Positions 27,421-37,861 of a stretch of 64,000 bases of DNA are shown piece after piece. The notes beneath the pieces were generated by a model, which ran no database searches, had not been told where the DNA came from, and saw only the letters and a list, made by a program, of their open reading frames with translations. Source of the DNA: Bacilli bacterium. GTDB taxonomy: Bacteria; Bacillota_I; Bacilli_A; RF39; UBA660. How positions within the stretch are numbered: the stretch's first letter is position 1; every line of letters begins with the position of its first letter. Position numbers and translations under genes: made by a program. The stretch spans positions 1,627 through 65,626 of the forward strand of contig CAAGHJ010000002.1 in assembly GCA_900769635.1 (NCBI GenBank), in the 5' to 3' direction.

Positions 27421-29208
27421 ATGAATAAAATCAAAGTAATGAGTGAACACTTATCAAATAAAATAGCAGCCGGAGAAGTAGTAGAAAAATGCCTCTCCGT
27501 CGTAAAAGAACTAGTAGAAAACTCTGTTGACGCTAAAAGCACAGAAATATATATATACCTAAAAGAAGCCGGTCTTAGAGAAATAAAAGTAATAGATAAC
27601 GGTACAGGAATGAATAAAGAAGATGCCAAACTATGTTTTGAAAGACACGCTACCAGTAAACTATATACAGACGACGACTTATTCAATATATCATCCCTAG
27701 GCTTTAGAGGTGAAGCCTTGCCATCAATAGCATCTGTATCAAATGTTATCTTAAAAACCTGTTCTGATGAAGAAATAGGCTTTATGGTTCACATCAAAGG
27801 AGGAACCCTTATAGAAGAAGGGGAGTGTGAAGCCCGTAAAGGAACAAGTATAACAGTAAATAATCTCTTCTATAACACTCCAGCACGTTTTAAATACCTA
27901 AAAAGCCCTTATACAGAACTAGCCAATATTACTGAATACATTCACAAAATGGCTCTATCATACCCAAACATAAAATTTAAACTAATAAATGATGACAAAG
28001 AAATCATAAATACTGACGGTTCCGGCAACCTCTTAAAAGTAATAAAAGATATATACGGCCTTAACATAACAAAAAAAATGCTCTATATAAAAGGAAATAA
28101 CCTAGACTATACCATTGAAGGATATATATCCTTACCAGAAGTAAATAGAGCCACTAAAAATCATATATCAGTCTTAGTAAACGGAAGAGTAATAAAAAAC
28201 CATATCCTAAACCGTGTAATAAACGAAGCCTATTCCACTTTTAAAGAAGACACTAGATACCCAATAACTGTCATAAATATTACTGCCGATCCAACATTAA
28301 TAGATGTAAATATACACCCCTCAAAACTAGATATAAATTTCAGCAATTTCGATGATCTTCAAAATCTAATAACAGATACCATTAAAGAAGTACTAAAAAA
28401 TAAACTATTAATTCCCAAAATAGAAATCAAAGAAGAAAAACCAATTAATTACGAAAATATCTCTTTAAACCTCGAAAAAAACATCGTTAAAGAACCCACA
28501 ACCCCCCTCGATGAAGAATACAAAAAAAGACTAGAAAGCTACATAAACGATGATGCAAATATAACCGATGAAGAATTAGAAACTATTAGAGAAGAGTATG
28601 CAACTGATATAACCCCCGAAAACAAACTTCCTGAATTATATCCCGTAGGTCTTGCCTTCGGTACATATATAATATGTCAAAATGAATTAGGATTATACCT
28701 AATCGACCAGCACGCTGCCAAGGAAAGAGTAAACTATGAAAAAGTGTCATTCCTAATGAAACATCCCACTGGAAATACCATTAGCCCCCTAATTCCCATT
28801 AATATAGAACTCCCCCTAAACGAAGCAATGATAATAGAAAAAAATATGGACATATTAGCAAGCCTTAACATAAAAGTAGAACGCTTTGGTAACAGTTCTT
28901 TTAGAGTAATAGAACATCCCCTTTGGTTTACCAAAGGCTATGAAACCGAAACCATAAAAGCCATTTTCGATAACATTCTCGAAAAAGAAAAAAACTTTGA
29001 TCTCGGAAAATTCCGTGATAATCTCGCTAAAATGGTTAGTTGCAAAATGAGTATCAAGGCCAATACTGATATCAGCTTTGCTGATATGGAAAGCCTAATA
29101 AGCGATCTCCGTCAGTGCCACAACCCCTTCAATTGTCCCCACGGTCGCCCAACAATTATTAATTTCACTAAGTATGAACTAGAAAAAATGTTCAAAAGGA
29201 GTATATAA
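27421..29208 (+). CDS. mutL: DNA mismatch repair endonuclease MutL
   Basis: GHKL ATPase motifs (ELVENSVDA, DNGTGM, RHATSK). C-terminal endonuclease motifs DQHAAKERVNYE, SCK and CPHGRP. Confidence 0.9.
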   Translation: MNKIKVMSEHLSNKIAAGEVVEKCLSVVKELVENSVDAKSTEIYIYLKEAGLREIKVIDNGTGMNKEDAKLCFERHATSKLYTDDDLFNISSLGFRGEALPSIASVSNVILKTCSDEEIGFMVHIKGGTLIEEGECEARKGTSITVNNLFYNTPARFKYLKSPYTELANITEYIHKMALSYPNIKFKLINDDKEIINTDGSGNLLKVIKDIYGLNITKKMLYIKGNNLDYTIEGYISLPEVNRATKNHISVLVNGRVIKNHILNRVINEAYSTFKEDTRYPITVINITADPTLIDVNIHPSKLDINFSNFDDLQNLITDTIKEVLKNKLLIPKIEIKEEKPINYENISLNLEKNIVKEPTTPLDEEYKKRLESYINDDANITDEELETIREEYATDITPENKLPELYPVGLAFGTYIICQNELGLYLIDQHAAKERVNYEKVSFLMKHPTGNTISPLIPINIELPLNEAMIIEKNMDILASLNIKVERFGNSSFRVIEHPLWFTKGYETETIKAIFDNILEKEKNFDLGKFRDNLAKMVSCKMSIKANTDISFADMESLISDLRQCHNPFNCPHGRPTIINFTKYELEKMFKRSI

Positions 29209-30095
29209 TGATTATTGTAATAGTAGGCCCTACAGGAGTAGGTAAAACAAAACTAAGTATAGAATTAGCCAAAAAGTACGATGGAGAAATCATAAACTTC
29301 GATAGCGTCCAAATATATAAAGAATTAAATATAGGAAGTGCCAAAGTAACCCCCCAAGAAATGGAAAACATACCCCACCATTTAATAGACTTTGTTGATA
29401 TAAACAAACCCTATACCGTATACGATTATCAAACCCAAGCCCGTAGGGAAATATCCCAACTAGAAAAAAAAGGCAAAACCATAATTATGGTCGGAGGCAC
29501 AGGACTATATGCCAAAAGTGTACTATACGATTACAACTTCACTAACGAAACCATTACCAATAATTACGAAAATCTAAGTACCGACTACCTCTATAATAAA
29601 GCTCTCTCTATTGACAAAGAATGCACCATACCCCAAAACAATAGACGCAGACTAATAAGATTCCTAAACTACTATGATAACCATAACGAAAGTATGAGAC
29701 TAAATAATAACGGTGATAAAAAAATATATAACTTCATTACCATCGGCCTCACAACCGATAGAAGTATCCTCTATCAAAGAATAAACAATAGAGTAGATAA
29801 AATGATTGAACAAGGCTTAATAAATGAAGCCCATAATCTCTATAAAAGAAATATCCATAGCAAAGCCACTCAAAGTATCGGCTATAAAGAACTATATAAT
29901 TATTTCGATAAAAAAATAAGTTTAGAAGAAGCAATAAATGATATAAAAAGAAATTCTCGTAGATACGCCAAAAGACAATACACATTCTTTAACAATAAAA
30001 TGGATGTCAAATGGTTTAACGTAAACTTTGAAAATTTCAATGAAACAGTAGGGGAAGTAATAACCTATATAAATAAAAAAAATAACTCAAATTAA
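29208..30095 (+). CDS. miaA: tRNA dimethylallyltransferase
   Basis: P-loop GPTGVGKT and overall MiaA pattern. The start overlaps the mutL stop. Confidence 0.9.
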   Translation: MIIVIVGPTGVGKTKLSIELAKKYDGEIINFDSVQIYKELNIGSAKVTPQEMENIPHHLIDFVDINKPYTVYDYQTQARREISQLEKKGKTIIMVGGTGLYAKSVLYDYNFTNETITNNYENLSTDYLYNKALSIDKECTIPQNNRRRLIRFLNYYDNHNESMRLNNNGDKKIYNFITIGLTTDRSILYQRINNRVDKMIEQGLINEAHNLYKRNIHSKATQSIGYKELYNYFDKKISLEEAINDIKRNSRRYAKRQYTFFNNKMDVKWFNVNFENFNETVGEVITYINKKNNSN

Positions 30096-30110
30096 CAAGT
30101 TATTTTTCTT

Positions 30111-30992
30111 TTATGCCGCTTCTTTAAATACAGTTTTATTAAAACTGTGCGTATTATCATTCAGTTTTTCAAGTTCTGCTGTTGTAATAAGAAAATAAGT
30201 ATCCCTATTCAAATTCTGCTCATATATCGGATCATCCCAAGTCAAATCAATATGTAGCCATTTATTATTAACCTTAACCAAATTCCATATATGCGTATCA
30301 TTACTAATCTTATAATTATCAATACCAAGTTTATCCAAAAAAATACCCATAGCATCACTATATCCCGAACAAATCCCATACCCCTCAAGAAGCACCCCAA
30401 TAGCTGTATTAGACTTGTAAGTCATATCATTAATATTCTTACTCTTTAAAGTATCATACTTAGTATTATCAATAATATAATCGTGAATAATCTTTAACTT
30501 CTGTGTTGTTGTCATCGTATCCACAATATTCTCTTTAATAACCTTATCAACAACCTCATTAATCTTAACAATATTCTCTTCAGAATAAATCTTATTAACC
30601 TTAATATCAAACTCTCCCTTAGTATTATAAGTAAAGATAATACTACTAAAACTATTATAAGGATGAACAAAATTATTAATTGTCGATAAAAGCTCCTTAT
30701 TATTACCAATCTCTTCTAAATCCTTAGCACAATTCTTATACTCCCTAACACAATATCCCGTTCCCTCTTTACTCCCCGTATTAACAACGTGATATATATA
30801 ATTAAGAAGCTCTGTATAATTATGAACCTCATCATCATAATTCTGAACAAACTCAAAATCCCTATCCAAATAATACTCATTTTCCTTAAGTACAATTTCT
30901 TCTCTCTTATCAAATAAATTCGTATCTGTAAAATTGCAGTAAGTAATTACTGACAATAAAAATATTCCTAAAACTAGTGTCACATATTTCAT
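30111..30992 (-). CDS. transglutaminase-like domain protein with an N-terminal membrane anchor
   Basis: Core GICSGYSDAMGIF...H..N typical of transglutaminase-like cysteine peptidase folds. Confidence 0.6.
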   Translation of the reverse strand: MKYVTLVLGIFLLSVITYCNFTDTNLFDKREEIVLKENEYYLDRDFEFVQNYDDEVHNYTELLNYIYHVVNTGSKEGTGYCVREYKNCAKDLEEIGNNKELLSTINNFVHPYNSFSSIIFTYNTKGEFDIKVNKIYSEENIVKINEVVDKVIKENIVDTMTTTQKLKIIHDYIIDNTKYDTLKSKNINDMTYKSNTAIGVLLEGYGICSGYSDAMGIFLDKLGIDNYKISNDTHIWNLVKVNNKWLHIDLTWDDPIYEQNLNRDTYFLITTAELEKLNDNTHSFNKTVFKEAA

Positions 30993-31075
30993 ATACCTTT
31001 TCTCTCCTAATCTAATATAAGTATATCATAAAAATATATATTTTTGTCAAAAAAATTGCAAAAAAGAAAAGAAGT

Positions 31076-31345
31076 TTATTTAACTTCCATAGCATTTACT
31101 TTTTTAGTTAATCTTGATTTTTCTCTATTTACTTTATTCTTATGAACTAAACCTTTACTTTTAGCATTATCAAGACTCTTAATAGCTAATCTTAAACTGT
31201 TAGTAGCTTTTTCTTTGTTACCTTCAGAAATGGCTTTATCAGTATTTTTAATAGCATTTTTTACAGTTGATTTTAACTGTTGGTGTGCTAAAGTAGTCTT
31301 AGTTATTTGCTTAATTTTCTTTTTTGCATTTTTAACGTTTGCCAT
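31076..31345 (-). CDS. rpsT: 30S ribosomal protein S20
   Basis: MANVKNAKKKIKQ... The track ORF start (31384) lies upstream of the real ATG at 31345. Confidence 0.85.
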   Translation of the reverse strand: MANVKNAKKKIKQITKTTLAHQQLKSTVKNAIKNTDKAISEGNKEKATNSLRLAIKSLDNAKSKGLVHKNKVNREKSRLTKKVNAMEVK

Positions 31346-31450
31346 ATTATATCTCCTTTCAATAACTATATATAATTTTACCAAAAAAAAAGCAAAAAGG
31401 CAAATATTTTTTAACTTTTTTGTAAAAAATATTACTATAGGAGGTCATTT

Positions 31451-32485
31451 ATGGAAAATAACATTAATTTAAAACCCTTTAACGTAAGAACAGACCTAGT
31501 AGTAGAAAGCATAGACACATCCCATAAACCAATAAAAACCCAAGAAAAAACCAATAAAAACATTAAAATAAGTACCACAGATATAACCAAAGAAGAGGGA
31601 AAAGTAATAGAAAAAAAAGAAGGAAGATACATAACCATTACCTTTAAAGATATCACCAATTATGAAGATAGAGAAGAAATAGGCAAAGCCCTTGAAAAGG
31701 AAATAAAATCCCTTCTAAAATACAAAAATATCAAAGACGATGACGAAGGACTAATACTAGGATTAGGTAACAGCAAATCAACTCCTGATGCCTTAGGTCC
31801 TAAAGTAGTAAGTAGACTAGTAATAACAAGACACCTCTTTAAGTTAAATGCCCTCCCCAAAGAAGGAATACGTAGTATATCTGCCATAAGTCCAGGAGTA
31901 ATGGGAGAAACTGGAATCGAAACCGCCGACTATATCGAAGCCCTAACCAATCTTATTAACCCCCAATTCATTATCGTAATTGATGCCCTTGCTGCTAGTA
32001 GTCTAGAAAGAGTAAATCGCACTATCCAACTAACCGATACCGGAATTAGACCCGGAAGTGGCGTATATAATAATAGAAAAGAAATAAGTACCGATACCCT
32101 AAAAATACCAGTTATAGCAATAGGCGTTCCCACTGTCGTAGAATCATCCGTCATCGTAAACGAATCCATAAACTATCTACTAAAACACATATCATATATC
32201 AAGAACAATACCGAAATAAATAAACTAAGCCCTCTCCATTTTGATAATTATATAGACAAAATAAGAAATCTCGAACTAAGCCGAAGTGATAAAGAAAAAC
32301 TAATGGGCTTAGTAGGAACTCTCGGTGAAATAGAAAAAAGAAACCTCATCAAAGAAGTAATGAGTGCCGTTAACTACGATTTAATAGTCTGTCCCAAAGA
32401 AGTAGACTTCCTTATCGATAAAATAAGTGATGTCATTTCCAGTAGTCTCAACAATGCTCTCCATCGACAAATAACGCACTATTAA
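31451..32485 (+). CDS. gpr: germination protease (spore protease GPR)
   Basis: LGLGNSKSTPDALGP and IVIDALAA motifs. rpsT-gpr-spoIIP synteny as in Bacillus. Confidence 0.85.
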   Translation: MENNINLKPFNVRTDLVVESIDTSHKPIKTQEKTNKNIKISTTDITKEEGKVIEKKEGRYITITFKDITNYEDREEIGKALEKEIKSLLKYKNIKDDDEGLILGLGNSKSTPDALGPKVVSRLVITRHLFKLNALPKEGIRSISAISPGVMGETGIETADYIEALTNLINPQFIIVIDALAASSLERVNRTIQLTDTGIRPGSGVYNNRKEISTDTLKIPVIAIGVPTVVESSVIVNESINYLLKHISYIKNNTEINKLSPLHFDNYIDKIRNLELSRSDKEKLMGLVGTLGEIEKRNLIKEVMSAVNYDLIVCPKEVDFLIDKISDVISSSLNNALHRQITHY

Positions 32486-32513
32486 AGTCATATAATGTTT
32501 TTGGTGATTAACT

Positions 32514-33521
32514 ATGTTCAAAAAAGGGAAAATGATTCTAAAAAATCGCAAAAAATACAGTCTCAAACTCGCATTTTATCTCCTAATCATTTATGGAGTA
32601 TTCGCACTAACTTATTATAGTGCCATCAAAAACAATCAAAATATAAACAATGAAAACTTTGTCAAATTCATTTTAAAAGGTGGAAACATTAGCAATTTAA
32701 ACGATATGAAGTTAAGCACTATCGTGGGTAAGACAATGAACTATATCTTTAAGATTGATTTCTCTAGTCCTACCAGTATTTTAAAATTTGGAGGCCTAGA
32801 CGGTGCAGAAAATAAAAAACTACAATATAATGATGATTATAGTGACCTAGAAAAACTAAAAGAAATAAGCACTTACATCGAAGATCCATACCCAAGTGAT
32901 TCCAATAATCCCATAATCTATCTCTATAACTCTCACCAGTTAGAAAATTATAGCAATAATAGTTTAGAAATATACGGTATAACCCCTAACGTCCTTATGA
33001 CAACATATCTCTTTAAAGAAAAATTAAATAATAACGGTATAAGCACTATCGCTGAAACCGCCAATATGACAGAACTCCTCTCTATAAACGGTTGGGATCA
33101 CTCATATAGCTATAAAGCTAGCAGACTATTACTATTAGAAAAAATAAATAAATATAACTCCCTTAAATACTTTATAGATATCCATAGAGATAGCGTTAGT
33201 AAAGAAGTAAGTACAGCCAAAATAGGTGATAAAGATTATGCCCGCATTCTTTTTGTTATCGGACTAGAACACCCCGGCTATGAAAAAAATTTAACCCTTG
33301 CAACTAACATAAATAATCTTATAAATAAATACTATCCCAATCTTTCCCGTGGTATCTATAAAAAAGAAGGATCAGGAGTAGATGGTATCTACAATCAAGA
33401 TGTAAGTTCAGGATGTATGCTCATCGAAGTAGGTAGCAAAGATAACAATATAAACGAAGTAATGAACACCACTTCAGCCCTTACAGATATCTTTTCAAAA
33501 TATATAAAAGGGGAAAGATAA
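32514..33521 (+). CDS. spoIIP: stage II sporulation protein P
   Basis: N-terminal anchor, IYLYNSHQLENY and DIHRD motifs, and its position after gpr. Confidence 0.8.
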   Translation: MFKKGKMILKNRKKYSLKLAFYLLIIYGVFALTYYSAIKNNQNINNENFVKFILKGGNISNLNDMKLSTIVGKTMNYIFKIDFSSPTSILKFGGLDGAENKKLQYNDDYSDLEKLKEISTYIEDPYPSDSNNPIIYLYNSHQLENYSNNSLEIYGITPNVLMTTYLFKEKLNNNGISTIAETANMTELLSINGWDHSYSYKASRLLLLEKINKYNSLKYFIDIHRDSVSKEVSTAKIGDKDYARILFVIGLEHPGYEKNLTLATNINNLINKYYPNLSRGIYKKEGSGVDGIYNQDVSSGCMLIEVGSKDNNINEVMNTTSALTDIFSKYIKGER

Positions 33522-33844
33522 TGAAAAAAGATAAAATATTTAAACTAATTATAGGCATATTATTTATAACTTACATAATATGTTTTATCATTTCTGAAAG
33601 CGGTTACTATGAATATAAAATGCAAGAACGAACCATATTAACTAATGAACAAATCAAAAAATTTGAAGAAGACGTAAAAAACAACATCAATGTAGATATA
33701 AACGATTATACAATTCCCGAATACATAGATTATACAAATAAATTTACTAAAGGAGTAAATAGCACTTCTAATCTAATAAAAAAATACTTCAAAAAAATAG
33801 TAGAAGGCGGTTTCAAAATTCTAAATAGCCTCGTAAGCGGTTAA
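33521..33844 (+). CDS. small membrane-anchored protein (occupies the YqxA position after spoIIP)
   Basis: Overlapping start (ATGA), one N-terminal TM segment. Assignment is by synteny only. Confidence 0.35.
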   Translation: MKKDKIFKLIIGILFITYIICFIISESGYYEYKMQERTILTNEQIKKFEEDVKNNINVDINDYTIPEYIDYTNKFTKGVNSTSNLIKKYFKKIVEGGFKILNSLVSG

Positions 33845-34596
33845 TGAAATAAAGTAATAAAAACAATCCCAATAAAAAAACATAAATAAGTTAATTTATT
33901 ATAATTATAAGATTTTGATTTAGGCAAAAGTTCAAACAAAGAAATATAAAGCATAATACCCGCTATCAAAAAATAAAGAAGACCAAGCACTGTCTCATTA
34001 ATATAATTAATTAAGAACAAGTAAGTAATAACTGCTCCAAACGGCTCCGACAACGCCGAAACCAAAGTATATAAAAGAGCCTTAGCTTTGCTTTTCGTAG
34101 AGTAATAAATAGGAACAGCAATAGATAACCCCTCAGGAATATTATGAAGAGATATCGCTAAGGCTAAAGAAAACCCCAAAGAAATATTATGATGTGTTGT
34201 CACAAAAGTAGCAATACCCTCAGGAATATTATGAATAACAATCGCTATCAAAGCTATAATACCAACTTTATATAAAGAAGAATTATACTTATTATCATTT
34301 TTAACACTATCAGGAAAAAAATAATCAAGTAATCCCGAAGTAATACCACCAAGTATAATTGCCCCAAGTCCTAAAAAAGTCGTTGCAAACAACCCATACT
34401 TAGTTTTTAAAAGCCCAATTCCTTCTGGCATTAAATCAATTACTGATATCATCATCATAACTCCTGCTGCAAACGAAAGACATCCCGCTAATAACCTTTC
34501 TTCATTTTTAAATTTAAAAAAAATAATTAGTGATCCAATCAAAGTAGAAAAACCAGCAAATGTTGTTAAAATAAAAGCCAAAGTCGTATTACTCAT
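33841..34596 (-). CDS. zupT: ZIP family zinc transporter
   Basis: Repeated HNIPEG motifs in a polytopic membrane protein. Confidence 0.8.
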   Translation of the reverse strand: MSNTTLAFILTTFAGFSTLIGSLIIFFKFKNEERLLAGCLSFAAGVMMMISVIDLMPEGIGLLKTKYGLFATTFLGLGAIILGGITSGLLDYFFPDSVKNDNKYNSSLYKVGIIALIAIVIHNIPEGIATFVTTHHNISLGFSLALAISLHNIPEGLSIAVPIYYSTKSKAKALLYTLVSALSEPFGAVITYLFLINYINETVLGLLYFLIAGIMLYISLFELLPKSKSYNYNKLTYLCFFIGIVFITLFH

Positions 34597-34758
34597 ATAA
34601 ATCCCTCTTTTCTCATTAATTTTATGCCTTTTATTTACAATAATATTACAGTTTTTAAAAAACCAGTAATAGGTTGGTATTATTTACTTATTATAATTTT
34701 AACTAATCATTTAATAATAATAATGTAGTCAAATGAATAAGTAAAGGAGAAGATAAAA

Positions 34759-35751
34759 ATGTTTCTAAAGAAGATTAAGACTAACTTTCTGCTTCTTTTA
34801 ATCCTTAGCGTTTTTATTCCAATAAAAGCAAATGCTTATTCTGATTACATTTTAGCAGGCGGTGAAAATATTGGTATCCTCCTTAAATCTAATTATATTA
34901 TGGTCGTAGGTACTTATGAAACCGAAGGTATTGATACTGCTAAAAAAGCAGGACTCAATATAGGAGATAAAATCATAAAAGTAGGAAATAAACCCGTTAG
35001 CTCTATAGAAGAAATGATATCCTCTATTAATAATACCGGCATAAATAATAATATTGATATCACATACATTAGAGATAACAAAGAATACTCCACATCCCTT
35101 ACTTTAATAAAAGATGTAGACGGCGTTTACAAAACAGGACTATATGTTAAAGATAGCATTAGTGGAATAGGTACCCTAACTTTTATTGACCCCAATACTA
35201 AACTATACGGTGCCTTAGGTCACGAAATAATCGAAAAAAGTACGGGCCAAAAATTAGAAATCAAAGACGGCTGCATATACGACTCCACCGTTACCAATAT
35301 TACACCATCAGATGATGGTCATCCCGGAGAAAAAAACGCAAGATACGATACGACGAAAGTCTACGGTAATGTACGTGAAAATACAAGTGCTGGAGTTTTT
35401 GGCACCATTAATAATATACCAGAAAAAAAACTATATAAAGTTGCTAAAGAAGAAGAAGTGGAACTAGGAGATGCAAAAATACTAACAGTTATAAGCAATA
35501 AACTAGTAGAAGAATTTAACATCAATATACTTAAAATTAACAAATCCCAAAATACAACAAAAAATATATTATTTGAAATAAACGATAGTAACCTTCTTAG
35601 TAAAACCGGAGGAATAGTGCAAGGAATGAGTGGCTCACCTATCATTCAAAACGGAAATATTGTCGGTGCCGTTACGCACGTAGTCGTGGATGACCCAACC
35701 AAAGGATATGGTATTTTTATTACTACTATGTTAGAAGAAGCGGAAAACTAG
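34759..35751 (+). CDS. spoIVB: SpoIVB peptidase (S55)
   Basis: PDZ-like segment (GLNIGDKIIKVGNKPV) and serine protease motif GMSGSPI. Confidence 0.85.
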   Translation: MFLKKIKTNFLLLLILSVFIPIKANAYSDYILAGGENIGILLKSNYIMVVGTYETEGIDTAKKAGLNIGDKIIKVGNKPVSSIEEMISSINNTGINNNIDITYIRDNKEYSTSLTLIKDVDGVYKTGLYVKDSISGIGTLTFIDPNTKLYGALGHEIIEKSTGQKLEIKDGCIYDSTVTNITPSDDGHPGEKNARYDTTKVYGNVRENTSAGVFGTINNIPEKKLYKVAKEEEVELGDAKILTVISNKLVEEFNINILKINKSQNTTKNILFEINDSNLLSKTGGIVQGMSGSPIIQNGNIVGAVTHVVVDDPTKGYGIFITTMLEEAEN

Positions 35752-35770
35752 GAAGATTTTCTTCCTTTTT
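35751..35770 (+). terminator. terminator after spoIVB
   Basis: GGAAG-atttt-CTTCC followed by TTTTT. Confidence 0.5.
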
Positions 35771-35948
35771 CTATTTTTTTATCAAAAAAGGATGACAAGT
35801 AAAAAAAAGTTTGGTATAATTTAATTATACTAGACTAGGGGGTAGAGTAATAGTAACTAATTATATTTAGGCCTACTACTTGGTTGATCAAAAATATCTA
35901 ATCGAAAGGAGGGCCACTTATCCCAACACATAAAAGTAGCGGGTTTCC

Positions 35949-36698
35949 GTGGTTAATATTTATATGAATAATATATCTTTAATAGCAGCTTTAAATAAGC
36001 ATAACATATATTTCATTAGGGATAATACAATATCTTATTATTTATCTGTTCCTAAAAACAACAATAGTGTTAATATCACAATAGAAATAAAAAACAATCT
36101 CGATAAGTACGATTTTACTAAAAATGACACTCTTTGGGTAAAAGAAAATGTCCTCTCATATTTTAGAGAAATAGACAACACCTCTTGCAGTTACGTAATA
36201 CCAATGTTTAATAATAGCCTAATTCAAATTATGGGAAGTAGTGACATCAACGACTATATCCACGCCGAAAGAATAATTACATATATAATTAATAGTGTAT
36301 ATAACTTACTTGTCGGCAGTGGCATCACACCATTAAGAGAAGTAATCCTTGTTAAAAATGACAGTTTCTTATCCTTTATCAGTTATTTTAAAAATAAATA
36401 CCAAAACAGAATAGGAACAACCACAGTTCTTGAATTATTGCAAGAAAACATAGCCAATTATACTAATTATAAAAAATTAGAAACTGATGATATGAACTTT
36501 GTTATTGGCAACGATAACCCTAGTAATATAAGTGTAAATAATGATGTAACTATAGCAAGTAGAGATGAAGCCTTAGAAAAACCACAAACAGTATCAAGAA
36601 AACCAGTTCCAGCCAGTAGTGGCGGTTATGTTGCTTACTATTTACTTGCAATTGTAGCAGTAATATTCGCTGTCTTCATCCTTTATTTACTCATCTAA
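35949..36698 (+). CDS. hypothetical protein with a C-terminal TM anchor
   Basis: Long ORF. The start is uncertain (GTG 35949 or ATG 35964) and neither has a good SD. The C-terminus YYLLAIVAVIFAVFILYLLI is hydrophobic. Confidence 0.4.
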   Translation: MVNIYMNNISLIAALNKHNIYFIRDNTISYYLSVPKNNNSVNITIEIKNNLDKYDFTKNDTLWVKENVLSYFREIDNTSCSYVIPMFNNSLIQIMGSSDINDYIHAERIITYIINSVYNLLVGSGITPLREVILVKNDSFLSFISYFKNKYQNRIGTTTVLELLQENIANYTNYKKLETDDMNFVIGNDNPSNISVNNDVTIASRDEALEKPQTVSRKPVPASSGGYVAYYLLAIVAVIFAVFILYLLI

Positions 36699-36768
36699 AA
36701 GTACCGAAGTGGTACTTTTTATTATAAATGGTGGACAAGTTCAGTATAGAAAAACAGAGAGGTAAAAA

Positions 36769-36909
36769 ATGAAAGAAAAAGAAATAAAAAAAATTTTTGG
36801 AAAATTGGGAATAAGTGTAAAGAAAGTTAGTTCCGCTAGTAATTCATTTAATTCTAATGTATATATAGTTAATTCAGATGCCGAAAAAAAATATGTATTA
36901 AAAATTTGA
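36769..36909 (+). pseudogene. N-terminal fragment of a CotS/APH-type phosphotransferase gene
   Basis: MKEKEIKKIFGKLGISVKKVSSASNSFNSNVYIVNSDAEKKYVLKI* matches the N-lobe start of this kinase family and ends abruptly at TGA. Nothing kinase-like follows. Confidence 0.4.
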
Positions 36910-36979
36910 GTTCTTTTTTTAATAAACATTATATATATTTACCCCCAATAGGGCAGGGGACCAAAAGAAAAAACATATC

Positions 36980-37096
36980 CTATAGATATGCAATTACTGA
37001 TACAAACACCGATGCAACCATAATTATCAGCATCAAAATAGCTATCACTTTGGTCATTATCTTCGTTCCACTTTGTTTCTTTTTATTTTTGCTCAT
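36980..37096 (-). CDS. 38-aa small membrane protein (MSKNKKKQSGTKIMTKVIAILMLIIMVASVFVSVIAYL)
   Basis: RBS GAGGTAGGTG lies 4 nt upstream of the ATG, with a basic N-terminus and one TM segment. Too short for the ORF track. Confidence 0.45.
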   Translation of the reverse strand: MSKNKKKQSGTKIMTKVIAILMLIIMVASVFVSVIAYL

Positions 37097-37179
37097 TTTA
37101 CACCTACCTCACAATAATTGTATCAAAAAATCCACATAATTTCAATACACTATACATATATTTTACTAGGTGATGAAAT

Positions 37180-37779
37180 ATGAAAAGCAGAATTACAAGT
37201 ATACTATTTCCTAGCAAAAGCATTAGTACATTCATTATCAGTTTTTTCATTATTGGTATAATAAGTGGCTCCATTTTTTTAATATGTCTAAGTACGGGCG
37301 ATAAAACTATCGTAAATACTGAACTTAGGGGTATTATTTCCGGAAATCTAACAGGAAATATAAAAAACACTTTAACTATAAACCTATTATATATTATATC
37401 CATTTTCATTCTCGGTATTAGCACCATTGGTCTTGTATTTAACGGATTTATCGTATATTTAAAAGGTTTTGTTACCGGTTTTTGTGTAAGTAGTATGATA
37501 TATATATATAAAATAAAAGGACTCCTCTTAGGACTTATATACCTAATACCACACAATATAATTAACATATTAATTATTTTATCCCTAAGCATTTATAGCA
37601 TTATCTTTTCCTTAGGAATCATTAAACAAATTACAGGCAAAAGAATAAATACCATAAATCTTCTCAAAAGATACACCTTTATTTTCTTAGTATCACTCGG
37701 AATAATCATTTTAACAAGCATTATTGAAGTTTACTTTACCACATTTCTATTAAATTCCGTTTCCGGATTATACAAGTAA
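37180..37779 (+). CDS. spoIIM: stage II sporulation protein M-like membrane protein
   Basis: ~200 aa with about five TM segments, in the size and topology of SpoIIM, in a sporulation-rich neighbourhood. No diagnostic motif was checked. Confidence 0.45.
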   Translation: MKSRITSILFPSKSISTFIISFFIIGIISGSIFLICLSTGDKTIVNTELRGIISGNLTGNIKNTLTINLLYIISIFILGISTIGLVFNGFIVYLKGFVTGFCVSSMIYIYKIKGLLLGLIYLIPHNIINILIILSLSIYSIIFSLGIIKQITGKRINTINLLKRYTFIFLVSLGIIILTSIIEVYFTTFLLNSVSGLYK

Positions 37780-37861
37780 TATCTTTTCATAAAGCAATAA
37801 AAATAATAACTTTTATTTTTTTTTCATCAAAAATGTGATATACTTATTGTGGTGATTATAA

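Noticed and set aside
27421-29208. mutL without an adjacent mutS as an anomaly
   Set aside because: MutL has all ATPase and endonuclease motifs. mutS may simply lie elsewhere, and a 64 kb window cannot show absence.
31215-31659. Track ORFs 31215..31472(+) and 31435..31659(-)
   Set aside because: They are antisense to or overlap rpsT and gpr, with no independent support.
35780-35948. Riboswitch in the ~130-nt leader upstream of 35949..36698 (promoter ATGACA-17-TATAAT, orphan SD-like AAGGAGGG at ~35907)
   Set aside because: I could not match it to any riboswitch core sequence I know, and could not define a convincing terminator or antiterminator. I only note that the gene's translation start is unclear.
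36907-36909. UGA read as tryptophan (genetic code 4) to extend the kinase fragment
   Set aside because: Well-supported genes in both host and element end at TGA (for example 4203-4205 and 8573-8575). The sequence after 36909 encodes nothing kinase-like in any frame.
36741-37592. Track ORFs 36741..36929(-), 36906..37139(+) and 37104..37592(-)
   Set aside because: Their translations are low-complexity and they overlap better-supported features: the kinase fragment, the 38-aa SD-preceded gene and the spoIIM-like gene. The 162-aa ORF is antisense to the membrane protein gene.
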